The notes under the pieces are model-generated. The model worked only from the letters and a program-made list of their open reading frames with translations, made no database searches and was not told where the DNA came from. A stretch of 64,000 nt of DNA from a virus (lineage: Duplodnaviria; Caudoviricetes): the IMG/VR virus record IMGVR_UViG_3300027804_000038, positions 64,001 through 128,000 of that record, one strand, 5' to 3'. Positions 47,657-56,909 of this stretch are shown here, piece by piece; position 1 is the first letter of the stretch; each line of letters starts with the position of its first letter. The position numbers and the translations under genes are program-made.

Positions 47657-50584
47657 ATGATATCAAACGAAGAAATTGAAAATTTCCTTCAAGGAAATGA
47701 CGAAGAAAAATATATCGTCGCAATAGAATACGATTATGTAAAAGATTGTATTTGGAAAATTATTGAGCACCCAATTCACGGAAAACAAATTAAAAAAGAT
47801 ACGTTCATTCCATTCGCATGGGTTGGTGATTTACGTGGGTTAAACTTTTATCAATCCTCCAAGGCATTACAAAAAGAGGCAATGACTAAACATAAAATTG
47901 TCATTGAAAAATTAAGAACAGATGGTAACGATAGGCTTGAGAGAGGTTTAACTTTTATGGTTAAATCTTTAAACGGTTATCGTTCGCTAATACAGTTTTT
48001 TAGAGAGGGCGGTGTTGACCCGTGGGGTGAAAAAACTAAAAGTTTAGTTTTGATTTTACCCCCTGTTGAGCAATATTTGGTCGTAAAAGAAAAAAGATTA
48101 TTTAAAGGATTTGACGATTACGATAGTATTACTAGATTTGTATTCGACTTAGAGACAACTTCATTAGAACCAAAAGATGGACGTATCTTTATGATTGGTA
48201 TGAAAACAAATAAAGGTTTTCGTGAGGTAATAGAATGTGCAACAGAGGAACAAGAAAGAGAAGGTATAATTAAATTCTTCAATAGAATTGATGAATTAAA
48301 ACCAAGTATAATTGCATCTTATAATGGTTTTAACTTCGACTGGTTTTGGATATTTGAAAGGGCAAAATGTTTAAATCTTGATATTAAAAAAATTGCAAAA
48401 ACTTTAAATCCGTCAAACCAAATAAAACAATCTGAAAGTTTATTGAAATTGGCGAATGAGGTTGAGAGGTTTAACCAAACATCAATGTGGGGGTATAATG
48501 TTGTCGACACATTACATGCGGTAAGAAGAGCTCAGGCAATTAATTCAAGTATTAAATCTGCAGGTTTGAAGTATATCACTCAATATATTAAGGCTGAAGC
48601 TCCTGACCGAGTCTATATTGACCATACAGACATAGGCTCAATGTATTCCAAAAAAGAAGAATATTGGTTAAACATTCAGAATGGGAAATATAAAAAAGTA
48701 GGGTTAGACCAATCAATTGACGAATCATGCTCAAAGCACCCAAATGTTTATATTAAAACAACTGGTGATGATTTGGTTGAACGATATCTTGATGATGACT
48801 TGGAAGAAACATTAAAGGTAGATGAGGAATTCAACCAAGGCTCTTTTCTACTCGCGTCATTAGTTCCAACAACATATGAAAGGGTTTCCACTATGGGAAC
48901 CGCAACATTATGGGAAATTCAAATGAGAGCATGGTCATATAAACATAAACTAGCGATTCCTGCAAAGAATGAAAAAACAGATTTTGTAGGTGGATTATCC
49001 AGATTATTAAAAGTAGGATACTCAACTGATGTATTGAAACTTGACTTCTCGTCACTTTATCCTTCAATACAACTTGTTCACGATGTATTCCCAACCTGTG
49101 ATATTACAGGAGCGATGAAAGGAATGTTAAATTATTTTCGTAACACCCGTATTAAGTATAAAAACTTGGCTAAAGAATATTCCGAAATAGACACTAAAAA
49201 ATCTACATCATACGATAGAAAACAATTACCGATTAAGATTTTTATTAACTCGATGTTTGGAGCTCTATCAGCTCCCCAAGTATATCACTGGGGAGATATG
49301 TATATGGGTGAACAGATTACTTGTACAGGACGACAATATCTTCGTCAGATGTTACGATTCTTTATGAAACGAGGATATACCCCACTTGTATGTGATACGG
49401 ATGGTATGAACTTCTCATTACCCGAAGGTGGTGTAGACGATAGAGTGTATATCGGTAAGGGGAAAAATTGGTTAGTTAAGGAAGGTAAGGAATATAAAGG
49501 GTACGACGCAGATGTTGCCGAGTTTAATGATATGTTCATGAAAGGAGCAATGGGTCTTGACTGTGATGGTACTTGGAAATCTTGTATGAACATTGCTCGT
49601 AAGAACTATGCAACAATGGAACATAATGGTAAAATTAAACTTACAGGTAACTCAATTAAGAGTAAAAAACTTCCTCTTTATATTGAGGATTTTTTGGACA
49701 AAGGAATCAAGATGTTACTTGAAGGGAATGGACAGGACTTTGTTGAGTGGTATTATGAATACTTAGAAAAAATCTATAATAGACAGATTCCTTTAATGAA
49801 AATTGCCCAAAGAGCAAAGGTTAAATTGTCAATTGAAGATTACAAAAAACGTTCAAAAGAAAAAACCAAAGCAGGTAATGAAATGTCTCGTATGGCACAC
49901 ATGGAGCTTGCAATAAGAGATGGTATTGCGGTGAGTTTAGGTGATGTAATATTCTATGTTAATAATGGGGTTAAGGCGTCTCACGGGGATGTTCAGAAAG
50001 TAAATAAACCAAAAAAAGGATGGTCTCAAGAACAATTAGATATATTTTTCAAAACCAATGAAGATAGAAAAGAAAAGGTAAAATTTTTACAAAAAAATGG
50101 ATGGGAACAATCTTGGGGTGATGATAACTGGGTTCGTAGTAATGCGACAAACAAAGAAGCAAATACGGGAATTCCAACAGAACAGGCATATCAAATAGCA
50201 ATTTCAGATATGGTCGGTTCAGTAGTTCAACTTAATTGTTATAGATTGAATCAGTCTGAGTTAGAGTCAAACCCTGATATGTTAGGTGATTATAATGTCC
50301 CAAGAGCAATTGTTACTTTTAATAAAAGAATTGAACCATTATTAATTGTTTTTGGTGAAGAAGTAAGAAATAATTTGATTGTTGATAAACCTGAAGATAG
50401 AGGTGTGTTCACAAAAGAACAATGTAAATTAATTAATGGTGTTCCATTTGAACCTGCAGACCAAGATAGTATTGAAGATTTATTAACAATAACAGAACAA
50501 GAAAAAGTTTATTGGGATAAACGAGGTATTAATCCTGAATATATATATGAACTTGCTGAAGAAGGGTGGGAAGAAATGGTGTAA
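47657..50584 (+). CDS. DNA polymerase, family B
   Basis: Exo FDLETT, YNGFNFDW, YLDDD; pol LDFSSLYPSI, KIFINSMFG, CDTDG, ARKNY. Confidence 0.96.
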   Translation: MISNEEIENFLQGNDEEKYIVAIEYDYVKDCIWKIIEHPIHGKQIKKDTFIPFAWVGDLRGLNFYQSSKALQKEAMTKHKIVIEKLRTDGNDRLERGLTFMVKSLNGYRSLIQFFREGGVDPWGEKTKSLVLILPPVEQYLVVKEKRLFKGFDDYDSITRFVFDLETTSLEPKDGRIFMIGMKTNKGFREVIECATEEQEREGIIKFFNRIDELKPSIIASYNGFNFDWFWIFERAKCLNLDIKKIAKTLNPSNQIKQSESLLKLANEVERFNQTSMWGYNVVDTLHAVRRAQAINSSIKSAGLKYITQYIKAEAPDRVYIDHTDIGSMYSKKEEYWLNIQNGKYKKVGLDQSIDESCSKHPNVYIKTTGDDLVERYLDDDLEETLKVDEEFNQGSFLLASLVPTTYERVSTMGTATLWEIQMRAWSYKHKLAIPAKNEKTDFVGGLSRLLKVGYSTDVLKLDFSSLYPSIQLVHDVFPTCDITGAMKGMLNYFRNTRIKYKNLAKEYSEIDTKKSTSYDRKQLPIKIFINSMFGALSAPQVYHWGDMYMGEQITCTGRQYLRQMLRFFMKRGYTPLVCDTDGMNFSLPEGGVDDRVYIGKGKNWLVKEGKEYKGYDADVAEFNDMFMKGAMGLDCDGTWKSCMNIARKNYATMEHNGKIKLTGNSIKSKKLPLYIEDFLDKGIKMLLEGNGQDFVEWYYEYLEKIYNRQIPLMKIAQRAKVKLSIEDYKKRSKEKTKAGNEMSRMAHMELAIRDGIAVSLGDVIFYVNNGVKASHGDVQKVNKPKKGWSQEQLDIFFKTNEDRKEKVKFLQKNGWEQSWGDDNWVRSNATNKEANTGIPTEQAYQIAISDMVGSVVQLNCYRLNQSELESNPDMLGDYNVPRAIVTFNKRIEPLLIVFGEEVRNNLIVDKPEDRGVFTKEQCKLINGVPFEPADQDSIEDLLTITEQEKVYWDKRGINPEYIYELAEEGWEEMV

Positions 50585-50920
50585 TTATTCTGACTTAATT
50601 CCGTCAGAAGAGACTATATACCAATTTCCAAATGAGAAGTAAATTTCAATACATGCGCCTTTTTTAATATTTACTTCAGAATATTCTTCATCAATTAAAC
50701 CAACTAATGGAGATATTTTAGTATTTGTTAATGATTTTATTGTAACATGGTCAGTTTTAGAAGAATCTAAAATTATTTGACAGTTCTCAACATCCTTAAC
50801 AATTATTAGAGATTCTCCATTTGTTGTGTATAATTGTTCAGAAACAAATGATATTTCCGAAGTCTCAATTAAAACACCTCCAATTATTCTTTGACTCGGT
50901 ATTGATTTTTGTACTGGCAT
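50585..50920 (-). CDS. Hypothetical protein
   Basis: 111 aa, co-transcribed after neck gene. Confidence 0.7.
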   Translation of the reverse strand: MPVQKSIPSQRIIGGVLIETSEISFVSEQLYTTNGESLIIVKDVENCQIILDSSKTDHVTIKSLTNTKISPLVGLIDEEYSEVNIKKGACIEIYFSFGNWYIVSSDGIKSE

Positions 50921-52041
50921 TATATTACATATATATTTCTTGGAAATGCTCTTGTTTTAAGTTGTTTCTGTAAATTTTCGGCAATTAGAGCCTCTCTTTC
51001 CATTATTTTTTCAGGTCTTAATCTTGTTAATCTTCCGTCTGCACCAATTAATTCCTCTATTAATTTTGTTTTTTCATCTTTACCTTCAGTGGCTAAAGAA
51101 GCGTAATCCATAGTTAATTCAGAATCTGGTGTTTTTAAATTTCCTGAATATTTTCCTCTTACTTTTGACAGTGTTTCTTTACAACTTGCAACAAAATATC
51201 TTCTAACCCACTGTCTTGCTGGGTTATTTAAATCTGACCAAGACATTTCATCTAAAGGAACGTCTGATGGTAATTTTATAATATCAGGATTATCTCTTAA
51301 ACAAGAATCTCTATCCGCACCTTCAGTATCATAATACCAATACCAAACCTGACCTTTCATTAAAGATGAATTACCAAAGTCAAATTTACCACCAGGAGTT
51401 TGCATTAAATGTACTGCTTTTTTACCTTCAGGTAATGCTGTCACACGATATGTTAAATCTCCCGCAATGATTCTTTTTTGTATATTAATTTCCTGTAGTC
51501 TTAACATCATGTCAAATGCTGGCATCATAAAATAAGACCCTGTATATCCCATTTGCGAATATCCTGCTGGACCACCAAGACCATAACCGCCAAGAGCCCC
51601 AAAACTCCATGGGTCAAAGAGAACGTTTGTCATTGGTGTTGGTGTGAACCAAAGTAATTCGTTTATTTCTCTATTAGCAGGTATTTCATATATTTGTACG
51701 TTAGGTTCTAATTGTATGTAATCTTTCTTTAGTACCCACGGTCCATTATTTTGTAAGCCTACAATTTTAGAATAAGCATACTGATATCGTTGTTCGTAAT
51801 CAAAACTTCTTGTAATAAATGCAGTGGATAAAGAACTTACGTCTAAATTTAAATTATATAATGAAGTCCACTGAGATTCTATTAACCAATCTTGGATATA
51901 TTGTGAATAATCACCAATTGAGAATTCTAATATAGTGTCTAATTGCTCGTCTTCTAATTCAATTGAGCGTAAAGGAGCCCCTAATACATGACGTACTTTT
52001 GTATATAATTGACTTCTTTCTGGTTCTGCGATTATTGCCAT
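50920..52041 (-). CDS. Neck protein (T4 gp13-like)
   Basis: VRHVLGAPLRSIELEDEQLD; WVRRYFVA.CKE.L..VRGKYSG. Confidence 0.82.
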   Translation of the reverse strand: MAIIAEPERSQLYTKVRHVLGAPLRSIELEDEQLDTILEFSIGDYSQYIQDWLIESQWTSLYNLNLDVSSLSTAFITRSFDYEQRYQYAYSKIVGLQNNGPWVLKKDYIQLEPNVQIYEIPANREINELLWFTPTPMTNVLFDPWSFGALGGYGLGGPAGYSQMGYTGSYFMMPAFDMMLRLQEINIQKRIIAGDLTYRVTALPEGKKAVHLMQTPGGKFDFGNSSLMKGQVWYWYYDTEGADRDSCLRDNPDIIKLPSDVPLDEMSWSDLNNPARQWVRRYFVASCKETLSKVRGKYSGNLKTPDSELTMDYASLATEGKDEKTKLIEELIGADGRLTRLRPEKIMEREALIAENLQKQLKTRAFPRNIYVI

Positions 52042-52058
52042 TTTGATATCTTTATTTA

Positions 52059-52065
52059 ATAAATA
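52059..52065 (-). promoter_or_regulatory. Putative late promoter TATTTAT (neck gp13-like)
   Basis: 17 nt before ATG 52041. Confidence 0.6.
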
Positions 52066-52080
52066 TCAAAATCAATTAAT

Positions 52081-52788
52081 TTATCTTTTAGATTCTATTC
52101 TTTGTTTGTAAAGTTCGTTTACAAATTTCCAATTAATAACTTCCCAAAAATTATTTATATATTCGTCTCTTTTATTCTGATACTTTAAATAGTAAGCGTG
52201 TTCCCATAAATCAAGTCCTAATATTGGAAATCCACCTCTGTCAATTATGTTCATTAATGGATTATCTTGATTCGGTGTCGTCATAATTTTTAATGACCCG
52301 TTATCTTTTACAACTAACCATACCCATCCAGACCCAAATCTTTTTCTTGCTAATTCTTCAAATTTAGTTCTAAATTTTCTATAAGTCCCAAACTGTTGTT
52401 TTATTTTTTCTAATATAGGACCATTTGGTTGTTGGTAAGTTGGAGATAACATTTTCCAAAATAACGCATGGTTAAATGCTCCCCCCGCATTATTTCTTAT
52501 TGTTTCGTTATATTTGGATATTTGTTTTATAATATTTTCTAATTCAACATCACCATAGTCTTTTTTACGTAAAGCTGAATTTAATTTTTTTACATAACCC
52601 TTATAATGTCTTTGGTAATGTATTTTCATTGTTTCAGGGTCAATGAACCTACGTAAAGAAGAATATGAATACGGTAATCTATCAATACCGATGGTTTTCA
52701 TTTCAGTTAAGAAGAATTTTAAATCACTTTCCTCCTCACCATTAATTTGATTTAATAAACTTTCAGATAATAACTTTAAAGATTTCAT
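52081..52788 (-). CDS. sod: Fe/Mn superoxide dismutase with ~29 aa N-terminal extension
   Basis: LPY, HYQRHY, NNAGGAFNHALFW, FGSGWVW, NQDNP, GLDLWEHAYY; all four metal ligands present; ATG at 52788. Confidence 0.95.
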   Translation of the reverse strand: MKSLKLLSESLLNQINGEEESDLKFFLTEMKTIGIDRLPYSYSSLRRFIDPETMKIHYQRHYKGYVKKLNSALRKKDYGDVELENIIKQISKYNETIRNNAGGAFNHALFWKMLSPTYQQPNGPILEKIKQQFGTYRKFRTKFEELARKRFGSGWVWLVVKDNGSLKIMTTPNQDNPLMNIIDRGGFPILGLDLWEHAYYLKYQNKRDEYINNFWEVINWKFVNELYKQRIESKR

Positions 52789-52793
52789 CAATA

Positions 52794-52800
52794 ATAAATA
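52794..52800 (-). promoter_or_regulatory. Putative late promoter TATTTAT for SOD
   Basis: 5 nt before ATG 52788. Confidence 0.55.
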
Positions 52801-52801
52801 C

Positions 52802-54547
52802 TCATCTATTATTGATTTCTTTTAATATTTCCTCAACTATATCTATAGAACCTTCATCAGTGTCTCCCATAACAGTACCGATTATTTGTTTTTTTCTAGA
52901 TAAAATGTCATAAATTGCCCCTTCAATAGTGTTCTCAAAGATTGGGTAGTAAACCAATACGTTATTTTTTTGTCCATATCTATACGCTCTATCTTCCGCC
53001 TGTGCATGGTCAGAGGGTAAAAACGATAAATCATTCATAATTACACACTCGGCTTCTGTAAGAGTTAACCCAACCCCTGCCGCTTTTATATTACCACAAA
53101 AAACTTTAACCTTGTCGTTTGTTTGAAAATCGTCAACTGCTTTTTGTCTCGCTGGTTTAGTTGTTGAGCCGTCCAAATAAACGGACTGTTTGCCAAAATG
53201 TTCGTGAATTTTCATTAAGGGTTCCGTAAAGTTAGAAAAAATTATAACTTTTTTACCTTGTTCTAAAATGTTTTCCGCAACTTCAATAGTGGTTTTTATT
53301 TTTTCTTCAGCAATTACTTGTCTTACTTTCATCAGTTTTGAAAACTGAATTGTTAACGATTTTGATTCTTCTTTTTTATTTGAATACCAATCATAATATT
53401 CCCCCATAAGTTCTTCATATAATTTTGAACTTAGTCTTTGGTAAATTGGGGTTATTATTTTTTCAGGTAAGTCCAAAACATCGGTTTTTAGTCTTCTAAT
53501 TACATGTCTTGATGTCCTGTCCCTCAACTCCTCTAAGTTAGACGCTCCTGTAACATTCCAAACTTTTCTTTTACCAACTGTAAATTGGTATCCTGCACAG
53601 TATCTTATTGCGTATGCCATCCAGTTGGAAGCTACAGGACTTTCAATTAGATTCAATAAATTATAATAATTCATTGGTCTTGATGTCATTGGAGTTCCAG
53701 TTAACAACCAAAGTTTTGGGATTTCTTTTACGATATCGTTAATTAATTTAGTTCTTTGTGCTTGCGGGTTTGAAATATAATGAGCCTCGTCAATTACAAC
53801 TAAATCAAAATATTCTTTCATTATTACCGAATCTTTTGATTTAATTTCATGGAAATTCTTTAATATATCATAATTGACAATGTAATATTTGTGACCTTCC
53901 TCCCATTTTTTACCTTCTACAATAAAAGTAGATTCGTTGGTATATAAAGCAATTTCCCTTTTCCAATTTATTTTTAAAGTTGCTGGACAGATAATTAAAA
54001 TTTTTTTGGAACCACTCTCAATAGAAGATATTACAGTACTAGTTGTTTTTCCTAATCCCATGTCATCGGCAACTATAAACTTATCATTTTCAAGTAATTT
54101 TATTATACATTCTTTTTGATGTGATAACGGAGGTCTATGAGAGTACTTATCCCAATCAACAGAAGCCTCTCTATTTTTACCTTTTAAAATTGCACTTTTA
54201 GGTACCCAAAAATCGTGAAGAGTTTCTCCACTAAATATTTTACCCCAAATATGATAAGATTTATCTTTTTCGACTAATAATTTCTCAACGTAGATTTTAT
54301 CAGGTTCCTTAACAAATGGATTATCTTCTACAAATTTTTTAGCAAAATATTGGTCCACATCGACCCATTTTTTGGCGACTTTTGGATTAGTTTTATTATA
54401 ATTTAAAATATAATCACATTGACTTCTTGTTGGAAAAAAACTTGGATTAGATTCTTTTTGAGATTTTAATTTGAGCAAATAGTTATTGGACCCAATATAA
54501 TTGGATAGCACGTCTATTGCTTTTTGTTCGATACTTACGTTTTCCAT
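52802..54547 (-). CDS. SNF2/SWI2-family helicase (HARP/SMARCAL1-like)
   Basis: ADDMGLGKT, DEAH, LTGTP, QAEDRAYRYGQ. Confidence 0.92.
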   Translation of the reverse strand: MENVSIEQKAIDVLSNYIGSNNYLLKLKSQKESNPSFFPTRSQCDYILNYNKTNPKVAKKWVDVDQYFAKKFVEDNPFVKEPDKIYVEKLLVEKDKSYHIWGKIFSGETLHDFWVPKSAILKGKNREASVDWDKYSHRPPLSHQKECIIKLLENDKFIVADDMGLGKTTSTVISSIESGSKKILIICPATLKINWKREIALYTNESTFIVEGKKWEEGHKYYIVNYDILKNFHEIKSKDSVIMKEYFDLVVIDEAHYISNPQAQRTKLINDIVKEIPKLWLLTGTPMTSRPMNYYNLLNLIESPVASNWMAYAIRYCAGYQFTVGKRKVWNVTGASNLEELRDRTSRHVIRRLKTDVLDLPEKIITPIYQRLSSKLYEELMGEYYDWYSNKKEESKSLTIQFSKLMKVRQVIAEEKIKTTIEVAENILEQGKKVIIFSNFTEPLMKIHEHFGKQSVYLDGSTTKPARQKAVDDFQTNDKVKVFCGNIKAAGVGLTLTEAECVIMNDLSFLPSDHAQAEDRAYRYGQKNNVLVYYPIFENTIEGAIYDILSRKKQIIGTVMGDTDEGSIDIVEEILKEINNR

Positions 54548-54560
54548 AATTAGAACTAAT

Positions 54561-54591
54561 TAAATATAATTCATAATTAGATATTTATCAA
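54561..54591 (-). promoter_or_regulatory. Putative early promoter of helicase, overlapping the divergent late motif
   Basis: Minus strand TTGATA...TTG-N20-TATATTTA, 13 nt before ATG 54547. Confidence 0.55.
54582..54588 (+). promoter_or_regulatory. Putative late promoter TATTTAT (gp14-like operon)
   Basis: 4 nt before ATG 54593. Confidence 0.6.
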
Positions 54592-54592
54592 T

Positions 54593-55108
54593 ATGAGTCA
54601 AAGAAATGTACCTATAACAAGATTAAGTAAATTTTTTGGTGCCGAAGATTTTAGTTTGGACGTTGGTATGGGTAGGGAATGGTTAGAAGGTGATATGAAT
54701 TTTACTTTAGTATTATATTCAGTGGATAAAACTAAAACAAATATTGATGATGTATATGGAGAAGCCTTACAAGATGGGATTAAATTTAAAACTCCTGTAG
54801 AATTTAAGGCATTTGTTCAGGTAATGGCCCCTGAGAATAAAAATGTAGGAACATCTAAATTAGATTTAATGGAACCTGGTAATATAAGAATATCAGTTTA
54901 TCAGTCTCACTTAGATGAATTAGGTATTGATATACAATATGGAGATTATATTGGATACTATGAAACAGAAAACAGAGTTAGATATTATACTGTAAATAAT
55001 GATGGTAGGGTTACTTCAGATAACAAACATACTTATGCTGGGTATAAGCCATTTTATAGAACTATAGTCGCATCTTTTGTAAACAATAATGAGTTTAGAG
55101 GTTTATAA
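54593..55108 (+). CDS. Neck/head-closure protein (T4 gp14-like)
   Basis: LY.VD..KT..DDVYGEA, GDYIGY; starts neck-gp15-sheath-tube block. Confidence 0.7.
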   Translation: MSQRNVPITRLSKFFGAEDFSLDVGMGREWLEGDMNFTLVLYSVDKTKTNIDDVYGEALQDGIKFKTPVEFKAFVQVMAPENKNVGTSKLDLMEPGNIRISVYQSHLDELGIDIQYGDYIGYYETENRVRYYTVNNDGRVTSDNKHTYAGYKPFYRTIVASFVNNNEFRGL

Positions 55109-55121
55109 AAATAATGGTAAT

Positions 55122-55580
55122 ATGAAAATACTAATAACTGAAAGACAACAAAATTTAATTATTGAAAACGAATTAAATGATAACCCAAAAGAATTTTTGG
55201 GGGAAAGAGTTATGGTATATTATAATTTACATAAACACACGTTTTCTGTTACATATAAATCTAAAGTAATTATTCATGCGGATTACGTTAAATTAAAAGA
55301 TGTGGAATTTAGAGTTAGAGTTGGAGGTAAAGAAAGGGTTAGGTCTGAAAAAAGTAAAAATGTACATGCCTTTGTAATTGGTAATTTAGTTGATTATTGC
55401 GAATATCCTTGTGAAAATATGCCTAGTGAAAGTAACAGTAAGGTTGTAACGTATAATCCATACAAATATGATAGTTTTGTATATAAAGATACTGAAGAAC
55501 CTATATATCGTGCTAAAGAGGTTGATATGGTTAATCAAAAAAATAAATTATTTGTTATTAACGAAATTGTAAAATACTAA
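55122..55580 (+). CDS. Conserved phage hypothetical protein
   Basis: Start moved to ATG 55122 (MKILITE); motifs VYYNLHK.TFSV, R.R.EK.KNVHAFV.G, VTYNPYK. Confidence 0.65.
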   Translation: MKILITERQQNLIIENELNDNPKEFLGERVMVYYNLHKHTFSVTYKSKVIIHADYVKLKDVEFRVRVGGKERVRSEKSKNVHAFVIGNLVDYCEYPCENMPSESNSKVVTYNPYKYDSFVYKDTEEPIYRAKEVDMVNQKNKLFVINEIVKY

Positions 55581-55581
55581 T

Positions 55582-56643
55582 ATGGCTTTACCAAAAAAAA
55601 TTAAAAAAAATATAAATTTAACTAATCCTAAGACAGGTTTTGCCAGACGAGAAGAATTGGTTGACATTATAAATGAAAATGGTACTTATTTACCTAAATC
55701 AATTCTACATGCCGATTTAGATAGAGGTTTTTTAGATTTTGTAAAAAATGATTTAGAAATATCAACGGACAGTGGAAAAAAAGTTCCTGTAATTGATATT
55801 ATTATTACAACTCAAAATTGGGCACAGTTTACACAAACATGGAATTTTAATGATTTAGATAAAAACGTTTTACCTCCATTTGTAACAACAGTAAGAACCC
55901 CTGAAGTTAAATACGGTACCTTACCATCATTAAGATGGAATATACCTAATAGAAAACAATATTTTTATGCTGCAGTACCAAATTTTAATAATGGTAGAAA
56001 GGGAGTTGATATATACACAATACCACAACCAGTTCCTGTAGATATAAAATATTCAGTTAGGATAGTTTGCAATAGAATGAGAGAATTAAATTCTTTTAAC
56101 AAAAAAGTTATTGAGACATTCGCATCTAGACAAGCATATACTGTTGTTAAAGGTAATTACATCCCAATAATTTTAGATGAAATTCAAGACGAGTCAGTAA
56201 TGGACTTAGAAAAAAGAAAATTGTATATACAGACCTATAATTTTACTCTACAGGGTTTTTTAATTGATGAGAATGAATTTGAAGTGAAGCCTGCGGTTAG
56301 TAGAGCTTTTACAATAATGGAAATTAATACTGGTAAAACTAGGTCTAAAAAACCTAAAGCACAACCTGAAAATATTAATATTATACCTTTTAACATTAAT
56401 TTTCCATTGTCTACAACGGCATTTACCTACACTTTTGAATATAATTCAAACTTAACACAAGACGGGATATCAAACATTTCAAACTACGATGTTTATATTA
56501 ATAACTTGTATTATGGTAGTAATATTCTGAGCAGTACAGGTAATACAATTCAGGTTAACACAAATGATGTTCTAACTATTAATATAACAAAGACAAATGC
56601 TTTAGACCCATCTATATTACAATGGACATCTAAAATAGTTTAA
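55582..56643 (+). CDS. Tail completion/terminator protein (T4 gp15-like)
   Basis: PQPVPVDIKYSVRI, Y.Q.Y.F.L.G.L pattern; precedes sheath. Confidence 0.65.
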   Translation: MALPKKIKKNINLTNPKTGFARREELVDIINENGTYLPKSILHADLDRGFLDFVKNDLEISTDSGKKVPVIDIIITTQNWAQFTQTWNFNDLDKNVLPPFVTTVRTPEVKYGTLPSLRWNIPNRKQYFYAAVPNFNNGRKGVDIYTIPQPVPVDIKYSVRIVCNRMRELNSFNKKVIETFASRQAYTVVKGNYIPIILDEIQDESVMDLEKRKLYIQTYNFTLQGFLIDENEFEVKPAVSRAFTIMEINTGKTRSKKPKAQPENINIIPFNINFPLSTTAFTYTFEYNSNLTQDGISNISNYDVYINNLYYGSNILSSTGNTIQVNTNDVLTINITKTNALDPSILQWTSKIV

Positions 56644-56789
56644 TTTTCACCATAGATATCTTTTTTCTCAGAACAATTTTCAATTATTAAATTTTCTAAA
56701 AATTTATGAATCTTTAGTCCTTTTTTAGTGCAATAGGTTTTTAGTATTTTGTGAGATTCTTCAGATATCTTCAAATTCTTTATTTTCAT
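56640..56789 (-). CDS. Ribbon-helix-helix DNA-binding protein
   Basis: Start moved to ATG 56789: MKIKNLKISEESHKILKTYCTKKGLKIHKFLENLI (beta strand with alternating pattern, two helices, G turn). Confidence 0.65.
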   Translation of the reverse strand: MKIKNLKISEESHKILKTYCTKKGLKIHKFLENLIIENCSEKKDIYGEN

Positions 56790-56824
56790 GGTAGAATTAA
56801 GGCAGAATAAATTCTTACTTATTG

Positions 56825-56874
56825 ATAAATAGATGTGCCACACTAAAATTTTTGCGATTTTTTGCAATATTTAT
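56825..56874. promoter_or_regulatory. Divergent late promoters (RHH gene / sheath) with intervening TTTTTGCRA direct repeat
   Basis: ATAAATA 56825-56831 (35 nt before ATG 56789) and TATTTAT 56868-56874 (35 nt before ATG 56910). Confidence 0.55.
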
Positions 56875-56909
56875 CGTTAAAATAAATCAGTTAAAAAAAA
56901 ATTAAATTA

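Noticed and set aside
47657-50584. Intein or intron in DNA polymerase B
   Set aside because: Single continuous ORF, all polymerase motifs in order, no Cys/His-Asn splice junctions or LAGLIDADG motifs seen
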